A program made the translations under genes and the position numbers. Source: a virus. Taken from it: DNA of 64,000 nt. The stretch is taken from IMG/VR virus record IMGVR_UViG_3300031695_000001. One strand, given 5' to 3'. Shown here one piece after another: positions 17,570-27,765 of the stretch (its first letter is position 1; every line of letters begins with the position of its first letter). Below the pieces are notes generated by a model. It was given only the letters and a program-made list of their open reading frames with translations, was not told the origin of the DNA and searched no databases.

Positions 17570-18391
17570 GAGGTTAAGCGGAAGTCCTTGTGATATTTCT
17601 TCAAGTGTATATTCAGTATGTGCATAGTCGTTGAGCCATTGTGTTCGATCGGGCATTAATGGGTTCTCTATATCGTGCATGAAGTCTATGTCGTTAGCAA
17701 CGTCATACGCTAACGAGCTAGTACCTACAAACGCTGGAATGCCGTTAATAATACTATGTATACCCGGGTTGCTAGAGTAGCTTATAGTAGCATGTACGTT
17801 GTCGAAGCCCATATCAAAATCGTCATATGTTGCCATTATTTGCTTAGGTACTTGTCGGTATACGTGTCGAAGACCTTTTTCAATTTCTGGCAACATACAT
17901 CTTGGGTGCGGTCTAAAGATAATAGGGCGTTCACTGTGTGTTCGAATAGTATCGATAGTGTCTAATAGCCATTGGCTCATACTAGGCATTTCTGCCCACT
18001 GTAAACTCTTATCGTGTTGTCCGCATATTAGAATAAAATCCCCGTTGGATCTCCAAGGCTTACAAACCAGTCCCAACTGATCAGCGCGAGTCCCATCATT
18101 ACCTTGCTCACTAAAGTAACCGTCTCTGTTAATTCCATTTAATCCTACTTTCCATGTTGTGCCACGGTTGATACCACCAACTTCTAATACTATGGTAGGT
18201 TTCTTTTGGTCCCATACTGCTTTATTTCTTGCCATTCGGCCATTAAATAGTACACTCCAAATAACATTAACATCGGCGCTATCATCATTATAGATAACAG
18301 TATGACCGTTATCCACAAGGCTGTTTGCAAAAGCAGTAAACACAGGCTTGCTATTAAGTGCGCCATATTCTGTCCAAAGACTAAACTTCAT
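17552..18391 (-). CDS. KpsS/KpsC-like (capsule-synthesis family) glycosyltransferase
   Basis: ILICGQ, IFRPHP, SYSSNPGIHSIINGIPAF, R..WL..YA..EYT..EI motifs. Confidence 0.6.
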   Translation of the reverse strand: MKFSLWTEYGALNSKPVFTAFANSLVDNGHTVIYNDDSADVNVIWSVLFNGRMARNKAVWDQKKPTIVLEVGGINRGTTWKVGLNGINRDGYFSEQGNDGTRADQLGLVCKPWRSNGDFILICGQHDKSLQWAEMPSMSQWLLDTIDTIRTHSERPIIFRPHPRCMLPEIEKGLRHVYRQVPKQIMATYDDFDMGFDNVHATISYSSNPGIHSIINGIPAFVGTSSLAYDVANDIDFMHDIENPLMPDRTQWLNDYAHTEYTLEEISQGLPLNLLTSKL

Positions 18392-19223
18392 TCCAGTACG
18401 CTTCAGGTCTAGCATTCATTAAGTCCTTTAGTTGACTCTTGCGTTTCTGTTTGCGCCCGCCTTTCATGTGATCAATCCATCGGCCTAGTTCTGTGTTAAT
18501 AAGAGGATGACCGCCGCCGCCAGTCTTTGCTGTCTTGACATAAATGCCTGCGCTGTAATCAAACACATGTGCATCTTCAAAACGCATCCTGTTTAATATT
18601 TTGCCAAACACATAACTGTCATGCCATTCATCTAATGTAAATATACCGTTGTCTGCATCTACATACATGCGTTCAAACTCTACAAGAAACTCTTTACACT
18701 TAGCAGTGTTTAGATTCATTCCGTAAAAGCCGCACTCTGGCCAAGTTTGTGATCCAGTGCCTCTGCCTACAAATGTCATCCAACTTTCGTTAGGTAACTG
18801 TCGTTCAAAGTCTTCTCTACTCCAGGGACTATGTACATATGTATCTGCATCAACCCATACTACCCAATCCTCAGATCTTTCGCATGCATCAAATACAGCA
18901 TATACTTTATTAGCAAACCTTACAGCATCCCACTTGAATGCTTTATGATGATCACGTGGCCGTTTATCAATAATTTCTTGCGGTGGCCTTCCGTTTGCTT
19001 TAGGAACAGCTCCCCATCTTGACTTAAATGCATTTAACTTAGGCAGTGCTGTTTTAGCATCTAATACAATAATGTTATCTGAATTTACAATAGGATTACA
19101 GTCTTCTGCATACACTAACAGTTTAATTGACGGGTCTACATTTTTAGCCCAGCTATCTAAAAACCTTTGTCCATAAACCATTAAGCCTTCGTAATGAAAT
19201 GTTGTAACTGCTGTAATTTGCAT
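18381..19223 (-). CDS. GT-A-type glycosyltransferase
   Basis: VWVDADT DxD motif, ECGF, WHDS; paralogue of 23942-24820. Confidence 0.65.
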   Translation of the reverse strand: MQITAVTTFHYEGLMVYGQRFLDSWAKNVDPSIKLLVYAEDCNPIVNSDNIIVLDAKTALPKLNAFKSRWGAVPKANGRPPQEIIDKRPRDHHKAFKWDAVRFANKVYAVFDACERSEDWVVWVDADTYVHSPWSREDFERQLPNESWMTFVGRGTGSQTWPECGFYGMNLNTAKCKEFLVEFERMYVDADNGIFTLDEWHDSYVFGKILNRMRFEDAHVFDYSAGIYVKTAKTGGGGHPLINTELGRWIDHMKGGRKQKRKSQLKDLMNARPEAYWNEV

Positions 19224-19233
19224 GTCTGTTCCT

Positions 19234-20160
19234 TTATATATATTGTTTTAGGTGCTGCCAAGCTTCACCTGTTTTAAGTTCGTCAAGTGTCCAATGACAC
19301 TGTGCTAGTTTTTGTAACCAGCGTTCTCTATCAAATTCTTTTGGATTCTCTATATCAGCTAATGAGTGATGCGTAACATCACTAGCTTGACTTCTAGTTG
19401 GATCAAGTACAAATGTTGGTACTCCTTCAATAGCACTTGCTACTGCCGGACTGCTATTATAGTTAACTACTGCATATGCTGTTGCAAAGTCTTCCATTAT
19501 ACTATCAGTATAACTAATTCTTACTTTTGGAATTCGGTAACCGGCTAACATTTTAATGTGGCCGCCAATCTTTTTATCACCTGGATGAAATCGTATTACT
19601 ATAGTACGATCGCTGTGCGCACGTATTTGTCCTATAGTTTGTACAAGCCATTTAACAACACCTTGTCCGTCCATGCTCCAGCCACCGTCACGCTGGCAAC
19701 ATACTAATATATCCTTACCGTTATTAAGTTTCCAATCCTTAACTTGTATATTCATGTCTGCTTTTAGCTTATCCCAACGCTTAGGATTTGGATTGTCGTA
19801 ACAGTACTCTCCTGTTGTAGGGAATATGCCATCGTAACTATATCTTAAATAGCCGCTGGCATTTGTTCTATCAGCATACAAAAACAAATTTGCATCAACA
19901 ATTAAGCAACGTTTGCCTCTATTAATTTGATTATCATACACTGCTTTGCGTAACAGCAAGTGCTTAGTTTGTTTGCTATCTGAATGTACAAAGCCTTGTA
20001 ACACAGCAACATCAGTATTCATAGGATGCCATCCGGTAACAACTGCTCCCTTGTCTCCCACTTTGTTAACCCCTTCAATGAAGTTGTTAATGATTGCAGG
20101 CTTCTCTGGATTTCTATTTCCCGGAGGTATTCCCATTAAGTATGATGCTACAGTTATCAT
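19234..20160 (-). CDS. KpsS/KpsC-like glycosyltransferase
   Basis: LVCCQRD, IRFHP, NYNSSPAVASAIEGVPTF motifs. Confidence 0.6.
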   Translation of the reverse strand: MITVASYLMGIPPGNRNPEKPAIINNFIEGVNKVGDKGAVVTGWHPMNTDVAVLQGFVHSDSKQTKHLLLRKAVYDNQINRGKRCLIVDANLFLYADRTNASGYLRYSYDGIFPTTGEYCYDNPNPKRWDKLKADMNIQVKDWKLNNGKDILVCCQRDGGWSMDGQGVVKWLVQTIGQIRAHSDRTIVIRFHPGDKKIGGHIKMLAGYRIPKVRISYTDSIMEDFATAYAVVNYNSSPAVASAIEGVPTFVLDPTRSQASDVTHHSLADIENPKEFDRERWLQKLAQCHWTLDELKTGEAWQHLKQYI

Positions 20161-20990
20161 GATAAGTTATACTTCTCTATTAGACGATAGGCATTACCGT
20201 TTGCCATTTCATTTGTAGTATATTGACAGTATGCAACCCAATGTTGCCACTTCTCGACTAAAGTTGTATCCGAATACAACGGTGTTTCTATCTTGGTTAG
20301 GTCTTTTTCACAAAGCATGTCAGCAATGTTCGGCGCACTAACAAATGCAGGCACACCATAACCTATGGCTTCAGTTGCCGCTATACTATTATATGTAACA
20401 ACTGCGAAAATATTATCGTCATCAAGTTGATTGTATATTGATCCGTTACCAATCCGCTCTCTTCTTAACCCTTTATCTCTAATAATTATAGGTCGCTTAG
20501 TATGTTTTTTAATTGTTGCTATTGTAGTGTCCAGCCATTCCTGTCTATTTATACCATAAAACTTACAAGGCTTATCACTAGGCGTTACTAGTAATATAGG
20601 GCCACCGTCTTTCTTCCAACCAGGAAATGTTAAGTATTGTAATCCAGGAGTTGACTCAACATATGTGCGCCATCTATCATCAGGCACGTTTACAAAGTTA
20701 CTATGTTGCATACCATTTTTAACTACTCTATGATATATTTTACGCTTTTGTCTATTGCCTATGTATCCAGTATCAATATAGTAAAAGTCTCTTCCGGTTG
20801 CTTCGCATTCTCTAACAGCTTTTCTACTGGCCATACTTCTAATAGCAACTGGCAAATCCAATGAATGATTTTTTAACTCTTTATAACTAGTAACATACTT
20901 TGCATCAGTACCTTCTTGCCATGCCTTAATTATACCATCGTCTGGGTCAATTGCTAGTTGTGGGGGTATCACTGTAGTTTCATCTAACAT
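20157..20990 (-). CDS. KpsS/KpsC-like glycosyltransferase (divergent)
   Basis: PDDRW, TYNSIAATEAIGYGVPAF, AYCQYT..EM shared with paralogues; HP motif missing. Confidence 0.5.
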   Translation of the reverse strand: MLDETTVIPPQLAIDPDDGIIKAWQEGTDAKYVTSYKELKNHSLDLPVAIRSMASRKAVRECEATGRDFYYIDTGYIGNRQKRKIYHRVVKNGMQHSNFVNVPDDRWRTYVESTPGLQYLTFPGWKKDGGPILLVTPSDKPCKFYGINRQEWLDTTIATIKKHTKRPIIIRDKGLRRERIGNGSIYNQLDDDNIFAVVTYNSIAATEAIGYGVPAFVSAPNIADMLCEKDLTKIETPLYSDTTLVEKWQHWVAYCQYTTNEMANGNAYRLIEKYNLS

Positions 20991-21664
20991 TATTTGTCGT
21001 CCATCATATTTTGTAGTTCTTGTTTCCATTCTGTATGAAACTCGCAGTTTCTATAATTTTCAAACCACGGTCCGCCTTCTGTGTAGTGTAAAGCCTTTGG
21101 GCTTCCGTCTTTGTAATGACCAACTAAGAAATTCCATTCGTAATTTAAATCTCCAATCTCTTCGTCAGTTAACCAACTAAAGCGATGTAAGTATGCTCCG
21201 TTAATTTCTGGTTCGTTAACTAGGTCCATAGTTAATTTTGCATTGCTAGGATGCGCACAGTTAAACAACATTACACTTGACCAGTTCTTACGTGGATAAA
21301 CTGTTTGCACTTGTCCATCCATCTTAATACCTTCTTTAGGTGCATAGTCGTGCTTAACACACATTACTGCATACTTGTCATCTGCTTGATCAAATAGTTC
21401 TTTAACGTCATCTAAAAAGATAATGTCACTGTCACAAAACAATGCCCATCCACTAAAGTTAGTAAGTTCAGGTATAAGGAAGCGAGTAAACGTAAACTCT
21501 GTACTTGCAAGTTTATCTACAGGACGAGTATACCATCCTGCCTCTCTAAGTTTAGATTGTATTAAGGGTTTTACTTCTACGTCTTTACTACGAGATTCAA
21601 GACTGTGCTTGCATACTTGATATGCAATGTCTTCTCGTGTGTCATAACCTACAAATACTTTCAT
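20990..21664 (-). CDS. GT8-like glycosyltransferase
   Basis: FVGYD, STEFTFTRFL, FCDSD, YPRKNWSS, HYTEGGPW motifs. Confidence 0.8.
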   Translation of the reverse strand: MKVFVGYDTREDIAYQVCKHSLESRSKDVEVKPLIQSKLREAGWYTRPVDKLASTEFTFTRFLIPELTNFSGWALFCDSDIIFLDDVKELFDQADDKYAVMCVKHDYAPKEGIKMDGQVQTVYPRKNWSSVMLFNCAHPSNAKLTMDLVNEPEINGAYLHRFSWLTDEEIGDLNYEWNFLVGHYKDGSPKALHYTEGGPWFENYRNCEFHTEWKQELQNMMDDK

Positions 21665-22422
21665 GTATCTTTTCTTTCTATGTCTTCTTCAATGCAATTA
21701 GTACCGTATTGTATTTCAACTAATTTTAATGGAACATTAGTTTCGTTTGCTAATTGATGCCACATGCCTAATGGTATGTGCAATGACTGGTGTTGTTGGA
21801 AAGTGCCGTAGATATCTACATCTGTACTAGCATCCAATGTATACACTGTTGCAGTACCTTCTGCAATAAACCAATGCTCAGCACGTTCTGCATGACGTTG
21901 CATACTTAATATTTTACCAGGTTCTATAATAAGTTCTTTTACTTTACTGTGTTCATCATATTCGTGTATCACTCTATAATACCCCCATACTCTTTCAGTC
22001 TTAGGCGCTTTCCACTCTTCTAGTATCCAGCTCGAACTGTTAGCTTTGTTTTCTCCACCGACACCAAATACAAACTCTACACCTTCAACTGCCATCTCAG
22101 GGATGTTTTCAGATGTTCGGTCGCCGCCATTAGCAAATATTATTTTATCGTTAGGATAGTGTGCTTTAACTTGTTTTATAAAATTTATAGCAGAATTATC
22201 ATCGTCCATAAATGTAAAAACTTCGTCTACCATTTGTAAGTTGTTTACAATACATAGGCGTTCATTCCAAGGCATAAATGCCCTGCCCTTCTTACGCTCA
22301 AGCCATTCGTCTGAATTTAGGCCAACGATTAATCGATCGCCTAATTTCTTTGCTTCTTTAAAATAGGCAATATGCCCGCTGTGTAGTGGGTCAAATCCAC
22401 CTGTGACTAATACTACGTTCAT
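21661..22422 (-). CDS. Cytidylyltransferase-family nucleotidyltransferase fused to a mannose-6-P-isomerase-type cupin
   Basis: TGGFDPLHSGH, GLNSD, FANGGDR; C-terminal RVWGYY, SMQRH..RAEHW, WHQL, EIQYG. Confidence 0.85.
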   Translation of the reverse strand: MNVVLVTGGFDPLHSGHIAYFKEAKKLGDRLIVGLNSDEWLERKKGRAFMPWNERLCIVNNLQMVDEVFTFMDDDNSAINFIKQVKAHYPNDKIIFANGGDRTSENIPEMAVEGVEFVFGVGGENKANSSSWILEEWKAPKTERVWGYYRVIHEYDEHSKVKELIIEPGKILSMQRHAERAEHWFIAEGTATVYTLDASTDVDIYGTFQQHQSLHIPLGMWHQLANETNVPLKLVEIQYGTNCIEEDIERKDT

Positions 22423-22442
22423 GCTAATACTTATACTAGCAC

Positions 22443-23384
22443 TTAATGGTCTTGCAATAGATTTGGATACAATGGTTTTAAATGTTCCCAAGGTAACCCT
22501 GCAATGCATTCATCTTCACGCCACTGACAGTACGATAAGTTGTTTAACCATTGCTGTCTATCAAACGTTTGTGGAGATTCAAGAGTAGCTAAATCTTTAT
22601 TACTGCAATCCCATGCCATGCTACTAGGGCACATACTAAATGTAGGGATTCCTTCCATAATACTTTCAGTAAGTGCGTTACTATTAAATCCTACAACGGC
22701 CCATGCTCTATCAAAGTCAGTTTGTAATGCAGTTGCTCCAGACAAGAATCCTTCAGCTGAAACGTTTTCGCTTATTTCAATTCCAGGTAAGTTCAGGTCA
22801 GCAAGCATTTTTAATTGGTCGTTTCTTCTACTAGGATGCGGTCTTACTAATATTTTTCTATCAGTATGTTTTTTAATTTCGTTTATAGTAAACTCTAAAA
22901 ACCCTTTGTACGAACCATGCTTTGTTAATAGATTTTTTAAGCTACTATCGCCCGGACGTTGTAATGTTAATAATACATACTCGCCCTTTGTGCGCCAATC
23001 TTTAACTTCAAGTTGTTGATCAGCTTTTACTTGCTTCCATCTATCGTCAGGGCAATTAAGATTGTTATAATATCCTTCGTCTCTAAAATAACTATACCAA
23101 CTGAATCTATGATAAGACTTGCCAGGCTTGCCAGGATCAGGATGTGGCATGTTACGTCTAAACACAGCACTCTCAACACATATCCAAGGCTTATTACTAT
23201 CTTCTATAATGTTATAAAACTTACCTAGTTTTCTTTCTTTCTTATTTTGTTTAATATTTGCTTGCACAAGTACGTCTGCACTATTAATAGTATCTAAGTC
23301 TGATGCAGGTACTACGATCCAACTTGAAGGAATTGGATGCCACGACCAAAGCAATTCTTTAATTGCAACAACTTTAATTGTCAT
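22443..23384 (-). CDS. KpsS/KpsC-like (GT107-like) putative Kdo transferase
   Basis: LQRPGD (QxxxD), VRPHP, GFNSNALTESIMEGIPTF motifs. Confidence 0.65.
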   Translation of the reverse strand: MTIKVVAIKELLWSWHPIPSSWIVVPASDLDTINSADVLVQANIKQNKKERKLGKFYNIIEDSNKPWICVESAVFRRNMPHPDPGKPGKSYHRFSWYSYFRDEGYYNNLNCPDDRWKQVKADQQLEVKDWRTKGEYVLLTLQRPGDSSLKNLLTKHGSYKGFLEFTINEIKKHTDRKILVRPHPSRRNDQLKMLADLNLPGIEISENVSAEGFLSGATALQTDFDRAWAVVGFNSNALTESIMEGIPTFSMCPSSMAWDCSNKDLATLESPQTFDRQQWLNNLSYCQWREDECIAGLPWEHLKPLYPNLLQDH

Positions 23385-23949
23385 TAATAAACACTAAGCC
23401 TCGATTTTTTACAAATGCCTTGCGGCCTTTTTTATGGTACTTACAATTAAGTGTTGATTCTTTTCTTGTTAACTTAGTAAGGGCTTCGTCATAACGAAAT
23501 TTGTATGATGCCATAGTTTGTATCCAGTATGCTTCGTCTTGCTCGTTAACATGATGATGTCCTCCCCAACCTACTGGGGCATAAGTTATTACCATTACTT
23601 TACATGCTTGGAAAGAAGTAATATACTCTGGTATATATTTTTCATATACGTGTTCAACAAACTCAACACTCCAACCTAAATCATAAGTTTTTTCTAATGT
23701 TACAGGACCTTTTGTGAAATCATGTATAATAAACTTACTATTGTCATATCGATCAATTGTATGATCACCGTCGATACCTAATGCTTCCATTCTGTATTCT
23801 TTTTCAGCGACTTCTACCATGCCCCCTAATCCGCAACCAACATCTAAGAATGACTTAGGATTTAATACTTTGTGTAACGCACTTAATGCACCTAAGTCTA
23901 AGTTTGCTACATTGTTGTGTCCACCTAAGTGATCATCTAGTTCAGTCAT
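23374..23949 (-). CDS. Class I SAM-dependent methyltransferase
   Basis: LDVGCGLG, GIDG, SVEFVEH, GHHHVNEQ motifs. Confidence 0.88.
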   Translation of the reverse strand: MTELDDHLGGHNNVANLDLGALSALHKVLNPKSFLDVGCGLGGMVEVAEKEYRMEALGIDGDHTIDRYDNSKFIIHDFTKGPVTLEKTYDLGWSVEFVEHVYEKYIPEYITSFQACKVMVITYAPVGWGGHHHVNEQDEAYWIQTMASYKFRYDEALTKLTRKESTLNCKYHKKGRKAFVKNRGLVFINDN

Positions 23950-24820
23950 GTGTATCTCCATTAGTTGACGCTGAATGGTTACGAGTAGCGTCAGCTATTG
24001 GAATTGTTTCTGCTAACATCTCTCCCATTAATTTCTTACGGTCTTCTCTAGCGGCTTCTAATGCAAATCGTTTTAGAAACTTTTGTTGAATACGTTCTTT
24101 AGCATTGCCCTTAGTATGTACCATAACTTGATTTATGCCACTGTTGTTAAAAGGACTTTTAGCATTAATAGGATTTGGATTTAAATCTAAAAATGGTTCT
24201 TGGTCTTCATACGACAATCGTAACTGAAAGAACACCCAACTGTCATGTGTTTCACGCAAGTGATCCAAGCCAGTTAAATATTGATTTTCAAAATTATTAA
24301 TAAATTCTCTAGCAATCGGGTTGCTAAGATTATAACCTACTAACCCACACTCGTCGTACTCACCCGGACGACCTAAGTATGTGATTGCTTTATGATCCGG
24401 AAAAAGTTTATCTAAAAATTCCGGTGTCATGGGGCTGTGCATTAATACATCAGCATCTAGCCACACTAGCCAATTGTCTTGTTGCACTTTAGCTTCTGCA
24501 AATATTGCAAATGTTTTGTGAGCAAACTTAATTCCTCTCCATTTAAATGCTTTAGTACCACCTTCTTGCTTCATGCCAATGTGACCATTATAGTGTGGAT
24601 TGTCTTTGTGGCGCTCTTTAAATGCAACTAAATCTGGTGATGCGTTATATAACTCTTTATAAATTATGCGTGGGTGTACTGCTCCGACATCAATATTATC
24701 TTCACTGTATACTACAATGTCTACATTATTAGGAAGATGTTCTGCCCAACTTTGTATGTTTACTTTTGATGTTGAGTTCCAATATTCGTTGTTAAGACTT
24801 GTTACAAATGTGTATTTCAT
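23942..24820 (-). CDS. GT-A-type glycosyltransferase
   Basis: VWLDADV, ECG, THDS motifs; paralogue of 18381-19223. Confidence 0.65.
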   Translation of the reverse strand: MKYTFVTSLNNEYWNSTSKVNIQSWAEHLPNNVDIVVYSEDNIDVGAVHPRIIYKELYNASPDLVAFKERHKDNPHYNGHIGMKQEGGTKAFKWRGIKFAHKTFAIFAEAKVQQDNWLVWLDADVLMHSPMTPEFLDKLFPDHKAITYLGRPGEYDECGLVGYNLSNPIAREFINNFENQYLTGLDHLRETHDSWVFFQLRLSYEDQEPFLDLNPNPINAKSPFNNSGINQVMVHTKGNAKERIQQKFLKRFALEAAREDRKKLMGEMLAETIPIADATRNHSASTNGDTHD

Positions 24821-25275
24821 TATACTGATGCATCCTCCATTCCGGCTACTCTTAGTTTTACAATATTAGTTATCTGCCATTGCTTCTGGTCGAGACCTTT
24901 TAAGACTGCTAGCCATTTGTTACGCATTAACGCAAATTCATTAATAATCTTTTCCATATCAACTACATCTGTTTCACCGTCTACGTATTTTTCAACGTCA
25001 CGACTTGACAATGCCCTTTGATAATTTTCAAGATATTTCTTAAAAAATGAGCTACGCAACCTACGTAGCTCAATATTTAAATAGTGAAGGATTGCTTCTA
25101 CTTCTTGTAACTGATGAAAGCGATTTTCAACAATGCCTGGCATAGCCGAAGCAGAGCGTTCTACATTACCAGTTAGTTTAACCTCTTGTCGTGCTTCATG
25201 CAATTCCTTTTCAAAAAATGCAACAGCATCAGGTATCTTACTGATGTCTCTACTTACTTCACTATACCAACCCAT
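24820..25275 (-). CDS. uvsY: Recombination mediator UvsY-like
   Basis: Helical 151-aa protein (YLENY.RALSSRD.EKYVDGE) next to uvsX. Confidence 0.75.
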   Translation of the reverse strand: MGWYSEVSRDISKIPDAVAFFEKELHEARQEVKLTGNVERSASAMPGIVENRFHQLQEVEAILHYLNIELRRLRSSFFKKYLENYQRALSSRDVEKYVDGETDVVDMEKIINEFALMRNKWLAVLKGLDQKQWQITNIVKLRVAGMEDASV

Positions 25276-25515
25276 TTATTCTTCCCAGCCTAAATCGTCT
25301 TCGTCGTCGTGTGAGTCTTCAGTATCAAGTTCTAGATAATAGTTAATTGCATTATCTAAAACGTTACAGCTACCGAAGCATTCTCTGAGAACTTCTTCAC
25401 CTGTACCATAATCAGCTAACATGTCAACATATCGCTCTGCAGCCATTTCAACATGTTTCTTATCTAAGTACTCTTTAAAAATAACCCATACCTCAACAAT
25501 CTGTTCGTCATTCAT
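25276..25515 (-). CDS. Hypothetical acidic protein
   Basis: Start revised to ATG 25515 (MNDEQ), overlapping the end of uvsX. Confidence 0.7.
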   Translation of the reverse strand: MNDEQIVEVWVIFKEYLDKKHVEMAAERYVDMLADYGTGEEVLRECFGSCNVLDNAINYYLELDTEDSHDDEDDLGWEE

Positions 25516-26596
25516 TTGTAGTTGCTTCCTCAATTTGCTCAAGAGTCGCTTCTTCAATAACTTCATCGACGATTGGTGCTGGTTTCATTTTCTCTTCGTA
25601 TTGATCCATAACCATATCAAGTGCTGGACCTAGCCATTGCTTACGATAGTTAAGATGTTCTTCTCCGTTTAAGTCAATGTACTTGAGTCGATTGCCTTGC
25701 TTAACTAACAAGTTCTTCTTCTCAAATAATTCAACTAGACCACTGTATGGATTCATACCAGTTTCATAAGGAATCTTAACCTGCACACCTTCAAACGGTT
25801 TTGCATAGCGAGTCTTCATTACCTTACAACCAGCACGTATGCCCATAACTTCTGAGATCTTGTTGCCGTCTTCATCTTCTTTTAACTTCATCTTTTTCAT
25901 TGCAACAACAATACTTGATGCATAGATAAAGCCTGCGCCGCCACTAATTTTATCATCTGGGTCAAACATATCTTGCGATGCGTATGTGTGGTTAGTACAT
26001 ACTAGTCCAACGTTCAATGAGCCAATCATGTTAACTGTGTTACGAACAAGTGAAGTCAATGCCTTAGGCTTACGACCCATATCACCTTTCATATCACCCT
26101 TGTTAAACTGATCAACGTCAGTAGGTGTTAGTAACATACCCAACGAGTCAACTACAAACAATACTTTAGGACGATCTGCTTCATCCATTGCACGATAGTC
26201 GTTAACAAATGTTGAGATAGTTTTTGCCACATCGTCGATCATACTCATATTGAGTTTGAGCAACTTCTCTGGGCTTGTGTCTACTTGCAATGCCTGCAAC
26301 CAGCTCTCGTCAAGTGCATTCTCTGTGTCAATTAGTACTACAAAGATGTCTTGATCCTGTGCGTGTTTTACAATGTTGCCAGCGCAGAAATAACTCTTAC
26401 CTGCTCCTGACTCACCTGCAAACACAGTAACCTTACCTAGCGGAACACCTTTGTGAAAGTCTCCTGAGATAAGATAGTTTAGTGCATATGATCCTGTTGA
26501 AATCCAATCAGTGGGATCGTTAAATCCTGTACTCATGCCTGAGATACTTTTAGTCAAGTCCTTACGGAACTTGCTTACGTCGAATGACTTAGCCAT
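25508..26596 (-). CDS. uvsX: RecA-like recombinase UvsX
   Basis: STGS..LN..ISG, GESGAGKS, DTENA, VVDSLG, TNHTY, SGG, KTR motifs. Confidence 0.95.
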   Translation of the reverse strand: MAKSFDVSKFRKDLTKSISGMSTGFNDPTDWISTGSYALNYLISGDFHKGVPLGKVTVFAGESGAGKSYFCAGNIVKHAQDQDIFVVLIDTENALDESWLQALQVDTSPEKLLKLNMSMIDDVAKTISTFVNDYRAMDEADRPKVLFVVDSLGMLLTPTDVDQFNKGDMKGDMGRKPKALTSLVRNTVNMIGSLNVGLVCTNHTYASQDMFDPDDKISGGAGFIYASSIVVAMKKMKLKEDEDGNKISEVMGIRAGCKVMKTRYAKPFEGVQVKIPYETGMNPYSGLVELFEKKNLLVKQGNRLKYIDLNGEEHLNYRKQWLGPALDMVMDQYEEKMKPAPIVDEVIEEATLEQIEEATTNE

Positions 26597-26621
26597 GTTT
26601 TCTCCTAAAAAGTCAAAGTAG

Positions 26622-26643
26622 TGTAGGGGATTTCTCCCCTACA
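26622..26643 (-). terminator. Stem-loop (GAAA loop) after gp32
   Basis: TGTAGGGGA-GAAA-TCCCCTACA followed by CTACTTTGACTTTTT. Confidence 0.65.
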
Positions 26644-26657
26644 TGGTGTACCTAATT

Positions 26658-27680
26658 TTAGGCTTGTCTGGCGCGAATCATTGCAAGTATATCACTTGCA
26701 TCGCCGCTTGGTGCCGCTGCCGCTGGTGCCGCTTCTGCAACTGGTGCCGCAAAAGATGCTTCAGCTGTTGCTACGTCTGCCGCAAAAGGTGCCGCTACTG
26801 CTTCTACTACTGGAGTTGCAACTGGTGCATCCGCAGTTCTCGAAGTTGCTGTGCCGCCTGCACTTGCGATATTTGGATCGCCTGTGCGTGACTGCATGCC
26901 TGCTGGACGGAAGTATTGTGACCAACGATCTGCATCATATGGTTGATTATCAACCGATGCTTCAAACATTTCTTGCATAATCTTTACTGCAATTGCGTCT
27001 GGCTTCTTTGGAAGGAAGTCACCTAAGTTATACAATCCGTGTGCATCAATACCTTGCATTTCTGCATCACCTAATGGACGATCTCGACGTGCCCAATTTG
27101 ATGTGCTGTAATCTGCATAACCACCTTTACTAGTTTTGTTAAGACGGAAGTCTACACCACCTGTGTAGTCTGTTGGTAACTCTTCCATATCAGGATCCAT
27201 AAGAGCCTGTTTAATGATTTGAAAGATTTGTGGTCCAATAATAAAGCGTCGGATTGGATTCTCTGGAGTACTATCTTCTTGAAGTGGATTATCTGTTACA
27301 AATCCTTGGAATACGTATGAACGCTTTTTCCAATACTTACGACCCATGTCTTCTAGACTTGCGTCTTTAAACCAACCGCGTACTTCTGCTAAAATGTTGC
27401 AGTTGTCGCCATACATTTCCATACAAGGTACTTGTACTTGTACAGGCTTGCTGTTAGGCTCGCCCTTAATTCCAGAGAAAGGTAACTTAATCATAAGTCT
27501 CTCTGTCCAGAAAAATGTGTTGGATTCGTCTCGATCTGGAAGGAATCGGATAGTTGCGCTTTGACCTTCTGCAATATTCCAAAAAGGATAAATTGCATTG
27601 TCTCCGCCAGTGCGTTGTCCGCCTCCAGTTTTAACTTCTTGTTCTTTAAGTTTAGCTCGTATTTCTGCTAATGATGCCAT
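26658..27680 (-). CDS. gp32: Single-stranded DNA-binding protein (T4 gp32-like)
   Basis: ATIRFLP, YWKKRSY, G.DFRL.K..KGGYADY motifs; Ala-rich tail ending DILAMIRARQ. Confidence 0.9.
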   Translation of the reverse strand: MASLAEIRAKLKEQEVKTGGGQRTGGDNAIYPFWNIAEGQSATIRFLPDRDESNTFFWTERLMIKLPFSGIKGEPNSKPVQVQVPCMEMYGDNCNILAEVRGWFKDASLEDMGRKYWKKRSYVFQGFVTDNPLQEDSTPENPIRRFIIGPQIFQIIKQALMDPDMEELPTDYTGGVDFRLNKTSKGGYADYSTSNWARRDRPLGDAEMQGIDAHGLYNLGDFLPKKPDAIAVKIMQEMFEASVDNQPYDADRWSQYFRPAGMQSRTGDPNIASAGGTATSRTADAPVATPVVEAVAAPFAADVATAEASFAAPVAEAAPAAAAPSGDASDILAMIRARQA

Positions 27681-27765
27681 AGTTAATGCCTCCTAATAGT
27701 GCCTATGTTTGTTCTAGTGCGTAGCTACATTGCTACAGTGCCTTTAATGTTACAGCACAGTTATT

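Noticed and set aside
10052-24820. A bacterial LPS/capsule island indicating a host chromosome or chimeric contig
   Set aside because: The genes overlap and interleave with phage core genes and share their promoter motifs and composition
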